26,567 nucleotides of DNA from Candidatus Thorarchaeota archaeon (GTDB lineage: Archaea; Asgardarchaeota; Thorarchaeia; Thorarchaeales; Thorarchaeaceae), in the NCBI GenBank assembly GCA_046758445.1, contig JBHIAE010000039.1, forward strand, positions 1-26,567. The letters run 5' to 3'. Of the stretch, positions 1 to 9,247 are shown in pieces; position 1 is the stretch's first letter; each line of letters begins with the position of its first letter. Below the pieces are notes generated by a model. It was not told the origin of the DNA. It did no database searches and was given only the letters and a program-made list of their open reading frames with translations. Position numbers and translations under genes: made by a program.

Positions 1-26
1 GGAGGCGACGCAGAGGAAGACGCGCA

Positions 27-800
27 ATGCAACGCAAGTCCTACGGGTCTGTAGCAAGCTTCCTTGTATGGGCTGCATTCTTGATCTTTTGGCTCTTCTT
101 CTTTGCTGTGGATTATGGAATATTCGAGAACATTGCAGTCGCGGCAGCATCGTTTGTTTTGATAGGTGGTGCCAACGCACTGATTTGGATTCCTCCTACT
201 GCTGGTCCAGAAGGATCTGCATGGAGAACCAGGGTGTCGGTCCTATCAGGTGTGCTTTGGGTGGCCTTTGTCATCCTATGGCTTCCCTTCTTCGCTGAAG
301 GCTTCACCCTCTATCACAACTCAGCCATTCTCCTTACCTCGTTCTTGGTTCTGGCTGGCGTGAATGCGCTGGCATGGGCGTCAGTCGCAGGACCTGAGAT
401 CCGCAAAGAGCTTGGGAGAAGGCCAAGAGTAGGCATTGTAGTCTTTATACTGTGGTTGATATTCACCGATTACTGGCTCTGGTTCCAAGCCGAGGGTTAT
501 GTTTGGGAGCAGAATGTTGCCATTGGAATCCTATCAGTAATGGTCGTCTTCGCCCTCGAAACAGCCATCTTCTCATCCTACCGAAGGGGACTTCGTAGTG
601 AAGTCGCAGGCGTCGGCCTAGCATTCGTGTGGATGATAGTTCTCTTCATTTGGTTCTGGTTCTTCGCAGAGCCGTTCAATGTCTATCAGAACTTCGCAAT
701 AGTGCTTGTTTCACTGTTCGTCGTCGTAGCAATAGGAATGGCTCTCGGAAGGAGATACTGGCCCGGGATTGATGACATGGACTGGAAAGACGAAGAGTAA
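27..800 (+). CDS. Polytopic membrane protein with four internal repeats (about 8 TM), unknown function
   Basis: Hydrophobic throughout. Four copies of W-x-x-F-[FQ]-A-x-x-[FY]-x-x-x-x-N-x-A-[IV]. The frame is open to the window edge, so the true start may lie upstream. Confidence 0.85.
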   Translation: MQRKSYGSVASFLVWAAFLIFWLFFFAVDYGIFENIAVAAASFVLIGGANALIWIPPTAGPEGSAWRTRVSVLSGVLWVAFVILWLPFFAEGFTLYHNSAILLTSFLVLAGVNALAWASVAGPEIRKELGRRPRVGIVVFILWLIFTDYWLWFQAEGYVWEQNVAIGILSVMVVFALETAIFSSYRRGLRSEVAGVGLAFVWMIVLFIWFWFFAEPFNVYQNFAIVLVSLFVVVAIGMALGRRYWPGIDDMDWKDEE

Positions 801-811
801 CACAGACTTTG

Positions 812-842
812 GAGGGGTCTAATAATTGGACTCAGACCCCTC
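812..842 (+). terminator. Hairpin downstream of the first gene, possible terminator
   Basis: GAGGGGTCT (812-820) / AGACCCCTC (834-842) perfect 9-bp inverted repeat, followed by pyrimidine-rich sequence. Confidence 0.5.
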
Positions 843-896
843 ATTACTTCTATTTGCCATTTCTTGCTCCGGGACTCTCGACGAAAGACTTATAGG

Positions 897-936
897 TATT
901 CTACTGGTAGAATATAATTATTACACCAGTGGAATA
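897..936. promoter_or_regulatory. Tandem 18-bp palindromic operator, probable PadR autoregulatory site
   Basis: TATTCTACTGGTAGAATA (897-914) and TATTACACCAGTGGAATA (919-936) lie between a TTATA box (~890) and the GTG start at 946. Confidence 0.65.
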
Positions 937-945
937 GCTTCTTAG

Positions 946-1644
946 GTGGAAACTGTGACAGGACGTGCGAAATATGGGCAAGACCGAGAAGGGGTTCTGC
1001 CCCCCACGTACCTGGCAGTCTTGTCTCTGATAGCAGCAGGTGCAAAGTATGGCTACGAGATAAACCAGATTCTGGAACAGAGAGGCTACCGCAACTGGGT
1101 GGACATCAAGATGTCATCCATATACAAAGCCCTCAACGAGCTTGAAGAGCGCCGCCTGATATCAGGAAGGAAATCTGACAAAGATCTTCGACCAGCCAAG
1201 AAGACCTACAAAGTCACAAGAACGGGAAGAAGGGTCCTCAAAGACCAGGTGATTCGATGTCTGAGCAATCCTCCACGCGTAAACACAATGTTTGACTTAG
1301 GTATATCTGCAATCTGGACGCTCACTCGCTCAGAAGCCCTTGAGGCATTAGAGGAATACAAGGACCGACTCTTGCTTGCAGCCGCTTTCCTCCAAAGCCA
1401 CGTAGATGCAATAGTGGACTTTGACGTATTGAAGGAAACTGAACCTGAAAGGCAAGTAGGTGATATGCGGATCTCTGAGGTCGAAGACAAGAGCAACCTT
1501 CCGATTGTCAAGGCACTCTTCGAGAGACCTCTCGTGGCAGTTGAAGCTCAGCACCAATACTTGGAGAGGCTTGTCTCAAGAATCGAATCGGGTGAAGAGG
1601 AGTTTCCATTCAGAACTGAGAAAAGAGAGAAGGGAGAGAAATGA
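946..1644 (+). CDS. PadR-family winged-helix transcriptional regulator with C-terminal helical extension
   Basis: VLSLI...YGYEI...SSIYKALNELEERRLI...KKTYKVTRTGR matches the PadR signature. Confidence 0.9.
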   Translation: METVTGRAKYGQDREGVLPPTYLAVLSLIAAGAKYGYEINQILEQRGYRNWVDIKMSSIYKALNELEERRLISGRKSDKDLRPAKKTYKVTRTGRRVLKDQVIRCLSNPPRVNTMFDLGISAIWTLTRSEALEALEEYKDRLLLAAAFLQSHVDAIVDFDVLKETEPERQVGDMRISEVEDKSNLPIVKALFERPLVAVEAQHQYLERLVSRIESGEEEFPFRTEKREKGEK

Positions 1645-2849
1645 CCAAGAAGAAGAAGGAATTTGCTCCGGCTGGGATCGGTGACGAGAGAATCGTCCTC
1701 GATTTCGAGCATTTTGGTAACGGGAAGAACTGTCAAACAAGTGCTCTGGTCAGATTGATGCACCACCTAGGTCATGACATCACTGAACCGATGATTATGG
1801 GGATATCATCTGGGCTAGGGTTCATCTATTGGTTCGCCAAGGGAATGCCCTATGGAATTGTCGGCGGGATGAATCGGTCAGATTGCCGCAAGTTTCCAGG
1901 GATTCTTGGAAAGGCCGTGAAGAGGCTGGGAGGCGACTTTGAATCGATATTGACGAAGAGCGTCAAGAAGGCTCACATCTTCCTAAAAGAAACCCTGAGA
2001 AGCAATCAACCGGGCCTACTCTGTGTCGACATGGCATACCTAGACCACTTGCTGACCGGTGAAGATGACCACTTTGGAGAACACAATGTCCTGGTGTACG
2101 GCATTGACGAAGAGAACGATGAAGCCTACATATCGGACAGATTTCACGGCACTCACACAATGTCTCTAGTCCAGCTCCAGAAAGCTCGGGCATCAGAGTA
2201 TCCTCCCTTCCCAGCAATGAATCAGATGACTAGGTTCTCTCTCCCCGATACCGTGAGACCAGTTGAAGAGATCATCCCTTCTGCTATCAGAGAGAATGTA
2301 GATGCCCTACTGAACCCACCCATAAGAAACATTGGCGTCAAAGGAATAGCCAAGTGGAGCAAGGAACTTGGTAGATATCCGAAGCTAATACCAGATCCAA
2401 AGAATCTGGCACACGCACTTATGATGCACTACATCTACATTGAAACTGGGGGTTCTGGAGGTGCCATCTTCCGACAGATATACGTTGACTTCCTCAGAGA
2501 AGCAGGAGATTTGATGGATCACGATGGCATTCTGAAGGCCTCTGAGGAATTCGAGGAAATCGTGAAGGTATGGCGGAATGTGGCGAACAGCCTATTGCCA
2601 CAAGACTATCCTGCACTCCGAGAGATTCGTGAAACTCAGTGGACCATCAATGAAACCTTAGAATCGAAGGGCTTGGTTGCACTGGATGAGGTGAGAATGC
2701 TTTCTGAGAAGATTCCTGCTCTATTAGATGAGGCAGCAAAGTCTGAGATTCAGGAGTTCTCCAAGTTCATTCCAGAAGTGCAGAATCTTCTGATTGAGGT
2801 AGGTCAGATGGAAACCCAGACTCTTTCAGCCCTCGAGAGTACTTTGTAG
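1641..2849 (+). CDS. BtrH N-terminal (papain-like/C39-like) domain + DUF4872-type protein
   Basis: NCQTSAL Cys, GISSGLGFIY, VDMAYL, HFGEHNVLVYGID His and GGSGGAIFRQIY motifs. ATGA overlap with padR indicates translational coupling. Confidence 0.75.
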   Translation: MTKKKKEFAPAGIGDERIVLDFEHFGNGKNCQTSALVRLMHHLGHDITEPMIMGISSGLGFIYWFAKGMPYGIVGGMNRSDCRKFPGILGKAVKRLGGDFESILTKSVKKAHIFLKETLRSNQPGLLCVDMAYLDHLLTGEDDHFGEHNVLVYGIDEENDEAYISDRFHGTHTMSLVQLQKARASEYPPFPAMNQMTRFSLPDTVRPVEEIIPSAIRENVDALLNPPIRNIGVKGIAKWSKELGRYPKLIPDPKNLAHALMMHYIYIETGGSGGAIFRQIYVDFLREAGDLMDHDGILKASEEFEEIVKVWRNVANSLLPQDYPALREIRETQWTINETLESKGLVALDEVRMLSEKIPALLDEAAKSEIQEFSKFIPEVQNLLIEVGQMETQTLSALESTL

Positions 2850-3067
2850 ACTAACCAACCTACCAGTCCGGATCCTTTCAGACTGTAGCCGGGATAGTCT
2901 TAATAATAGCTTGCCAGAGAAGTCAAGAATGGCCAAGTACAAGGACAGCAGGGTTGTGCCGCGCTTGCACCGCTGCTGTGACGTATGATGGTCAGTGGCC
3001 ATATTTGAGTTTCCAGGCAGGGCGGCGAAAAGAAGTGCATGAGATTCGAGACCTACGTCGTGACGTA

Positions 3068-5305
3068 ATGACAGGTCTGATTTTGGGCTTCATACTTACG
3101 CTTGCACTATTCCTGCCTGTTCTTCCATCTTGGAATTCTGTCTACACAGGTGTGGCTCTACATTCGCTTCTTGCCTTACTTGCCATAATTGCCGCCGCAT
3201 GGGTATATGTGGACATCAGGGGTGTGTTGCCCACGTATGAAACAATCATCTTTGCAGCACTAGTATCTCGAGGGATAATTCACTTGGGCGCAGCCATGAC
3301 GATCTCGTTGACTGAACCTGGGCCGACGGTTGCCATGACAATGCAGGCCTACGCCTCTGATGCACTGGAGATAACAATTCTTGGAGTCCTGTTGCTTTTG
3401 GCTGTCTTAAGTCATAGACAGAATCAAGACGGAAAGACAACAAGGACTTGGGCTATTGCGCTGATTCTAGCGGCACTAGCTGTTGACGGGCTCTTTTTCC
3501 ACGTGATCTTTCCCGGGCTATCGGATCTTCAACTTCAACTTGTGGGCACAGCAGCTGGTCTACTAGCAGCCGCCAGTCTAGTCTTGGCGGGATGGTTCAG
3601 AACAAGACCGCCATTCAAGGAAGGGGACCGTGAAACCTCCCTGATTGTAATAGGCTTCACTCTTTTCATGGCGGCCTCAATTCCAGCCATCATGCCACTG
3701 TTCATTGCAGAGTTCTTGTGGGCACTGGCAATGGTCTTCCAGGGTGTTGCATTTCTCGCTTTCACTCTGGCTGTCGCGACACCAAGGCTCATGACTCTTG
3801 GAATGAACTATGAAACATCATTTGGCGTTCCTGGAGTCCTGAGTCTCTTGGCATTTGTGCCGTTCATGGTGAGCATCTTCACTGTATCCATTGTACCTGA
3901 TTTCTTCGCCGTCGATCTTGGGGCCTATTACATTTCCCATACCGGAGCAGCGTTCCTTTCGGCAATAATGGCCTATTTGGTCTATGAATATAGTAAACGC
4001 AAACCAGCCTGGGTTCACTATCCTCTGATCCTCCTCTTTCTATCATGGGCTCTCATAGAGGGGTACATAGTACTTCTATGGAGAGGCGAGGATTTGGCTG
4101 TGTTGGGGGAATCAGTGGTCCCATATATAGTAGGCAGCTTAGTTTCGATTCTGGCTCTGGCTGGAGGCATCTACTGGACTGAGAAACCTCCGTCCCATGA
4201 AGTTATGAAAAGGCCTTGGGTTTGGATTTCCACGCGGCTTGCCATTGTCATGGTGGTATTGGTAGGAGGTCAGTTTCTGGAGGTTGTCATCCTAAGTGGA
4301 AACCCGCAGCTCGTTGGTAGCCCCTTGGGCAGAGTGGTGCTTCTCGGTGCGAACTTCGTGGCTATGTTCGCGTTTACGTACTTGACTTTCCTCTTGGCTA
4401 GGAAACGGGGAAGTTGGAGAACCATTGAAGGTCTCGCAGTTGGCTTCCTAGCTGTTTGGATCGTTCCCAACGTTTTGAAAGGCAACTTTGATGATTGGGT
4501 TGCCGGATGGTGGGCCGCGGAGGTGTTCCTGCTGATTGGTCTGCTCATCGGTCCGGCCCTAATTGGGGCTCTCTATCTGCAGGAAATGTTTCGAGCTGAG
4601 GAGTCTAGGCGTAGGGCAACGTTGTACAGTGATATCCTAGTTCACGACGTTTCGAATCTGCATCAAGCTCTAGCGTTGGCGTTAGGCCTTCTTGACATTG
4701 ATGACATACCCCGCGAAGTAAGAGGTGATGCCTTGGAGGATGCACGGTCCTGCCTGCGTAGAGCAGATCAGCTGGTCAAGAATGTTAGGGGATTGGGTTT
4801 CGCGGATACCGAGGACGAGATTTCTCTGGAGCGAATTGACCTTGTTAGATCGGTAGAGCAAGCGTTTGGTCAACTTGTCATGGAGAAACCAGATGCCACT
4901 GTTGAGTTCTCGGTCACCAAGAGTACCGGCAAATGCTATGTCTTGGCAAATAGCCTTCTCATGGACCTGTTCTACAATCTCTTCAAAAATTCAGTCATGT
5001 ACTCTCCTGACCAGAAGAGGATTGAAGTCGACATTGAAATGGTTAGCACTGAGGAGGAGAGCTGGTGGCAGACAAGAGTCGTGGACTATGGAAGAGGTAT
5101 AGAGCCCGAGCGCAAGGATGACCTCTTTCGAAGATTCATGAGAGGGGCAGAAGGTTCAGGACTGGGCCTCTCTGTTGTATATGCCCTAGCGCGGACATAT
5201 GGCGGCACCGTGACAGTTGAAGATAGAGTTCCGGGTGACTACTCCAAAGGGACTGTATTCGTGGTGACAATCCCGGCTTATGTCCAAGACGACAAAGAGG
5301 TCTAG
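3068..5305 (+). CDS. Membrane sensor histidine kinase with ~16 predicted TM helices
   Basis: H-box HDVSNLHQ, N-box NLFKNSVMYS, G1 DYGRGI, G2 GSGLGLSVV. Start uncertain (ORF open from 2954; ATG at 3068 begins the first TM). Confidence 0.9.
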   Translation: MTGLILGFILTLALFLPVLPSWNSVYTGVALHSLLALLAIIAAAWVYVDIRGVLPTYETIIFAALVSRGIIHLGAAMTISLTEPGPTVAMTMQAYASDALEITILGVLLLLAVLSHRQNQDGKTTRTWAIALILAALAVDGLFFHVIFPGLSDLQLQLVGTAAGLLAAASLVLAGWFRTRPPFKEGDRETSLIVIGFTLFMAASIPAIMPLFIAEFLWALAMVFQGVAFLAFTLAVATPRLMTLGMNYETSFGVPGVLSLLAFVPFMVSIFTVSIVPDFFAVDLGAYYISHTGAAFLSAIMAYLVYEYSKRKPAWVHYPLILLFLSWALIEGYIVLLWRGEDLAVLGESVVPYIVGSLVSILALAGGIYWTEKPPSHEVMKRPWVWISTRLAIVMVVLVGGQFLEVVILSGNPQLVGSPLGRVVLLGANFVAMFAFTYLTFLLARKRGSWRTIEGLAVGFLAVWIVPNVLKGNFDDWVAGWWAAEVFLLIGLLIGPALIGALYLQEMFRAEESRRRATLYSDILVHDVSNLHQALALALGLLDIDDIPREVRGDALEDARSCLRRADQLVKNVRGLGFADTEDEISLERIDLVRSVEQAFGQLVMEKPDATVEFSVTKSTGKCYVLANSLLMDLFYNLFKNSVMYSPDQKRIEVDIEMVSTEEESWWQTRVVDYGRGIEPERKDDLFRRFMRGAEGSGLGLSVVYALARTYGGTVTVEDRVPGDYSKGTVFVVTIPAYVQDDKEV

Positions 5306-5322
5306 GACACTTTGGACACGGC

Positions 5323-7689
5323 TCAGCCTGACTTCATGAATCTCCCAATGATCTCGTCTTGTACGTCCTCAGATAGATCTACAAAATAGGCACTGTAACC
5401 TGCCACTCTCACGATGAGATTCCTGTGGGCCTCAGGGTTGTTTTTTGCGTCAATTAGCCGCTGTGAGTCCATCATGTTGAATTGAATCTGCATTCCCCCC
5501 AGTTCGACATAGGACCTGAGGAGAGACACTAAGGCTTCGAGACCCTCTTCCCCATGGGCAAATCCGTGGTCCAGTGCTAGAGTGAATGCAATCCCATTTG
5601 GATAGAGGGTATAATCAACTTTGGTGGCGGACCGAATCGCGGCAGTCAACCCATTTCTTGTAGTTCCTATCGTAGGAGAAGCTCCGTTGCTAAGAGATGT
5701 AGTCGGCATGCGTCCGCTTGGAAGAGCGCCTGTGAAGTACCCAAATGGGACGTGTGTTGACACAGAGTACATCCCAGGAATGAACGGTCCTCCTCTGATG
5801 TTCTCGTGCTTCTCTACCTCCTCGCTGTAAATGGATGCAACGAGTCGCGCATACTCATCTGCGAGCTTGTCGTCGTTTCCGTATTTCGGAGCTCTGTTCA
5901 GGAGCAGCTGTCTAAGGGACTCGTGGCCTTCGAATCCGACTTTGATTGCCTGAAGCAGATCTTCAATACTGACCTTGTTCTCTCTGAAGACAAGTTGGTC
6001 AATGGCAGCAAGAGAGTCTGCTACGTCGGCCATCCCGACACCCTGAACACCCGTGAAGTTGTACCTTGCCGAGCCCGTTGTGATGTCATTGCCTAGTGTG
6101 AAACAGTCCTCAACACATAATGATAGGAACGGCGTGGGCTTCAGTTCCATGTTAGTCTTCTCGAAATGGTTTGATCCTTCAGTCATCAGTCCCACCAGGT
6201 AGGATACTTGTTTCCTGAAGGCCTCCACGAAATCTTCGATTGAATTGAATGTAAGCGGATCGCCGCTCTCAACTCCGCGCTTCTCTCCTAAGAGGATGCT
6301 CTCGCCATTGTTCAATGCAAGCTCGAAGCACATTGCCAGGTTGAAGAGGGCTGCATCAGATGATGTGAAACTAGTTCCAAACGGAGCGAGCTCGACGCAA
6401 CCAACAGTTGCATAGTCTCTAGCCTCTTCGATAGGAATTTCCTTGCGAGTCAGAGATTCAACGATGATTTCATCATTGAATATAGCTATGTTGTTCACTC
6501 CAGATACTACAGTTTCGGCAATGCTTGTCAGATACTCATTTGGTGAACTCTCGTGAATCCTAACATGAACATTCGGAACGGGCAGTGCAGCTTTTCTGGT
6601 TGCCTCAAGAATGATACCTGTCATGTCGTTTGTGGAGTCGCGTCCACTCTTGTCCATGCCCCCGATCGTAGCAGCTTGAGTAGTCAGAAGTCCATCGAAA
6701 TACAGGCCAACTATGCTGTCGAATAGTGGCACCAACTCGTTCAGCTTGATCCAGAGCATTTCAATGAGTTGGACTGCTCTTTCATGATCAATTGCTCCTG
6801 ACTTGATATCGGCCTCGTAGAAGGACTGTAGATACTGGTCCATTCGCCCTAGGGAGATTGCTTGGCCATCGTATGTTTCCAAGGTTAACGCAAGATGAGT
6901 GAACCTGACGAACTGGAGCGCTTCGTGGAGGCTCCTCGGAGGCTTGGCGGGAACTCGTCTGCAGACTCCGGCGATTCTTCCCAGTTCTTCTCGTCTCCCA
7001 GAATCTTCCTCTGACTCGGACATTTCGATGGCAAGGTCAGCATACCGATCAGCAAAACGAATGATGGCATCAGCGACTATCTTCGCGGACTTGTAGAATA
7101 GCGCCTTGCTCTTCGATTCGTCCTCAGGCATGCCATCGTACTCCTGTATGCGAGTTTCTGCGTCCGAACTAATCTTCTCGAATCCTCTGGAGAAGAGCAT
7201 TGGATAGTTAATGCTCACGTGACCGATTCCTGCCATCTCAGTAAGGACAAAAACTGAACCAGAGTAGAGGGCATCCATTACCTCTTCGGGAGTGTTCTCT
7301 TCTACATGCGCCAGCATTGATCGCTCATTCCAATAAGGGCCAATCTCTTCAGTCATAGTGCGAATGGCCTCGTCGGAAACCGAAAACTGGCCATGTTCAC
7401 GTGTTCTTAGATCTTCAAGCTCTGTGACTACCCTAGTACCGTGAGCTTCAGGATACACGGTTGCTCCAGGCATCTCCTCTACGATTGCGCCTACGATTAT
7501 CTCTCCTGGATGGATTCTGATGGGCATCCCATCCAAGACTGACGCGAGGGCCTTAGCCTGCCGCAAGATCATTGGCTCACCCTCAGTAGCCCTCATGGAC
7601 TCGGTATAAAGGACAGGCCTCTCAATGGAAACGTGGGGAATAGGTTTCGTGACAAGGTTCCTTAGGGCTTCAACACGTGAAGTGACCAA
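5323..7689 (-). CDS. Glycyl radical enzyme (PFL2/PflD, glycerol/diol dehydratase-like class)
   Basis: Single-Cys loop VGCVEL, glycyl radical motif RVAGYS, 788 aa. Lacks the CC motif of true pyruvate formate-lyase. Confidence 0.93.
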   Translation of the reverse strand: MVTSRVEALRNLVTKPIPHVSIERPVLYTESMRATEGEPMILRQAKALASVLDGMPIRIHPGEIIVGAIVEEMPGATVYPEAHGTRVVTELEDLRTREHGQFSVSDEAIRTMTEEIGPYWNERSMLAHVEENTPEEVMDALYSGSVFVLTEMAGIGHVSINYPMLFSRGFEKISSDAETRIQEYDGMPEDESKSKALFYKSAKIVADAIIRFADRYADLAIEMSESEEDSGRREELGRIAGVCRRVPAKPPRSLHEALQFVRFTHLALTLETYDGQAISLGRMDQYLQSFYEADIKSGAIDHERAVQLIEMLWIKLNELVPLFDSIVGLYFDGLLTTQAATIGGMDKSGRDSTNDMTGIILEATRKAALPVPNVHVRIHESSPNEYLTSIAETVVSGVNNIAIFNDEIIVESLTRKEIPIEEARDYATVGCVELAPFGTSFTSSDAALFNLAMCFELALNNGESILLGEKRGVESGDPLTFNSIEDFVEAFRKQVSYLVGLMTEGSNHFEKTNMELKPTPFLSLCVEDCFTLGNDITTGSARYNFTGVQGVGMADVADSLAAIDQLVFRENKVSIEDLLQAIKVGFEGHESLRQLLLNRAPKYGNDDKLADEYARLVASIYSEEVEKHENIRGGPFIPGMYSVSTHVPFGYFTGALPSGRMPTTSLSNGASPTIGTTRNGLTAAIRSATKVDYTLYPNGIAFTLALDHGFAHGEEGLEALVSLLRSYVELGGMQIQFNMMDSQRLIDAKNNPEAHRNLIVRVAGYSAYFVDLSEDVQDEIIGRFMKSG

Positions 7690-7725
7690 CGACTGCTCAC
7701 CAAATTCGCTCTTAGACCCCCAATG

Positions 7726-7733
7726 TTATAAAT
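7726..7733. promoter_or_regulatory. Archaeal TATA-like box in the divergent GRE / asparaginase intergenic region
   Basis: TTATAAAT, reading TTTATAA on the minus strand about 37 nt upstream of the GRE start. Confidence 0.4.
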
Positions 7734-7800
7734 CGCTTGCACCAACAGGCTTGACTGACCGCCACTGAAGGCAGCAGACGAAGTGTGGGAGAGAAACACT

Positions 7801-8658
7801 ATGGAGCTTCCAATGATAATTGTACACGGTGGAGCAGGAGCTTGGAAGGACGAGAGGATGCCAATCGGGTTGGAGGCCGTGGAGAAAGCTGCAAAGGTCG
7901 GATTTCTCATTCTGGACCATGGCGGTTCCGCAGTGGACGCTGCAGAGGCATGCACCGTCTTTATGGAGAGCTGTGGAAATCTGAACGCTGGCGTTGGCTC
8001 ACGTCCCAATTCCGACGGAGTTCAGGAACTTGATGCAATGATTGTTGATGGCAGCACTTTGAACTTTGGCTCAGTCGCGGCAGTCACCGGAGTCCAGAAT
8101 CCTGTTTCTCTTGCGAGATACGTGATGGAGAGAACTGACTATGCTTTCTTTGCAGGTGAAAACGCGAAACGTGTCTACGAGGATATGATAACAGAGGGTT
8201 ACAGAGTAGAGAGTCCTGCAGGGGCTATCAGGATTCCATCTGAGTCCGATGGAGCCGATACTGTCGGATGCGTCTGTGTTGATTCAGAGGGACGGATCGC
8301 GGCCACGTCATCAACAGGGGGCATCATGAACAAGATGCCAGGACGCGTTGGTGACTCGCCAGTGATGGGAGCCGGGGCATTCGCAAACGACATTGGAGGT
8401 GCTACAGCCACGGGCTGGGGCGAACACATAATGCGAGTTGTGCTCAGCAGGATGATAGTGCTCTACATCGAACAAGGAGAAGATCCACGCACTGCCTCAG
8501 AGAAAGGCATACGGCTCTTTGAGGATAAGACTGGTAGTGAGGCGGGTGTTGTTGCGGCCGACAAGCATGGCAACTTCGGGTGGGCGAAGAATACCAAGGC
8601 GATGCCCACGGTGGTCATATCGGGAAGCATGGACAACGTCCATCAGTATCTCAGATGA
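7801..8658 (+). CDS. iaaA: Isoaspartyl peptidase / L-asparaginase (Ntn hydrolase)
   Basis: IIVHGGAG, NAGVGS, ELDAMI, autocleavage site D|TVG, TSSTGG, GRVGDSP. Confidence 0.93.
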   Translation: MELPMIIVHGGAGAWKDERMPIGLEAVEKAAKVGFLILDHGGSAVDAAEACTVFMESCGNLNAGVGSRPNSDGVQELDAMIVDGSTLNFGSVAAVTGVQNPVSLARYVMERTDYAFFAGENAKRVYEDMITEGYRVESPAGAIRIPSESDGADTVGCVCVDSEGRIAATSSTGGIMNKMPGRVGDSPVMGAGAFANDIGGATATGWGEHIMRVVLSRMIVLYIEQGEDPRTASEKGIRLFEDKTGSEAGVVAADKHGNFGWAKNTKAMPTVVISGSMDNVHQYLR

Positions 8659-8680
8659 ACGTTGTAAAGAGTGAGTAGGC

Positions 8681-9103
8681 CTAGAGCTGTAGCATGCTCT
8701 CTATGACGGTGTCGTAGTCGTCGTAGGCCCTGAGTCCGGGTATCTTGCCAATTGGCTTGCCGTTCTTGAATGCTATGACCATTGGAACGGACTGAACACC
8801 GAACTGAACAGTCGTTCGCCTGTTTCTGTCAATGTCGATCTTCGCGAAGTACACTTTGCTTGCGTAGTCAGAGGCAAGCGTAGCGAGTATTGGAGCTAGT
8901 ACCTTGCACGGCGCACACCAATCTCCAAAGAACTCGACCATGGCAGTCTTTGTCTGTGACATGGCTGGCCAGAACGTGGAGTCCGTAAGGAGATTCACGA
9001 CTCCGTTGGCCATGGGCTCCTCTACCTTTGGTTTCGCAGCACGCTCCATCATCAACTGCATCTTTCTACGGCGTATCTCCGCGAGTTCGTCATCGTTCAG
9101 CAT
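8681..9103 (-). CDS. trxA: Thioredoxin with N-terminal charged helix
   Basis: WCAPC active site and VQSVP cis-Pro loop. Likely ATG start at 9103 (MLNDDELAEIRRRK). Confidence 0.9.
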   Translation of the reverse strand: MLNDDELAEIRRRKMQLMMERAAKPKVEEPMANGVVNLLTDSTFWPAMSQTKTAMVEFFGDWCAPCKVLAPILATLASDYASKVYFAKIDIDRNRRTTVQFGVQSVPMVIAFKNGKPIGKIPGLRAYDDYDTVIESMLQL

Positions 9104-9247
9104 GTAGAGTCCCCACAACCGAGTGTGTAAGCTTCGTGCACAACCGAATATGAATTCTTCGGTGAGTCGATTTCTGTTGGCGCACTCAGGTTGCTTTAAA
9201 ACCGGGTGTCAATCTCAGAAATCAAACGACCAAGGAGTCTCTGTAGA

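Noticed and set aside
5323-7689. Calling the GRE pyruvate formate-lyase (pflB)
   Set aside because: It has a single-Cys GCVE loop rather than the adjacent Cys-Cys of PFL.
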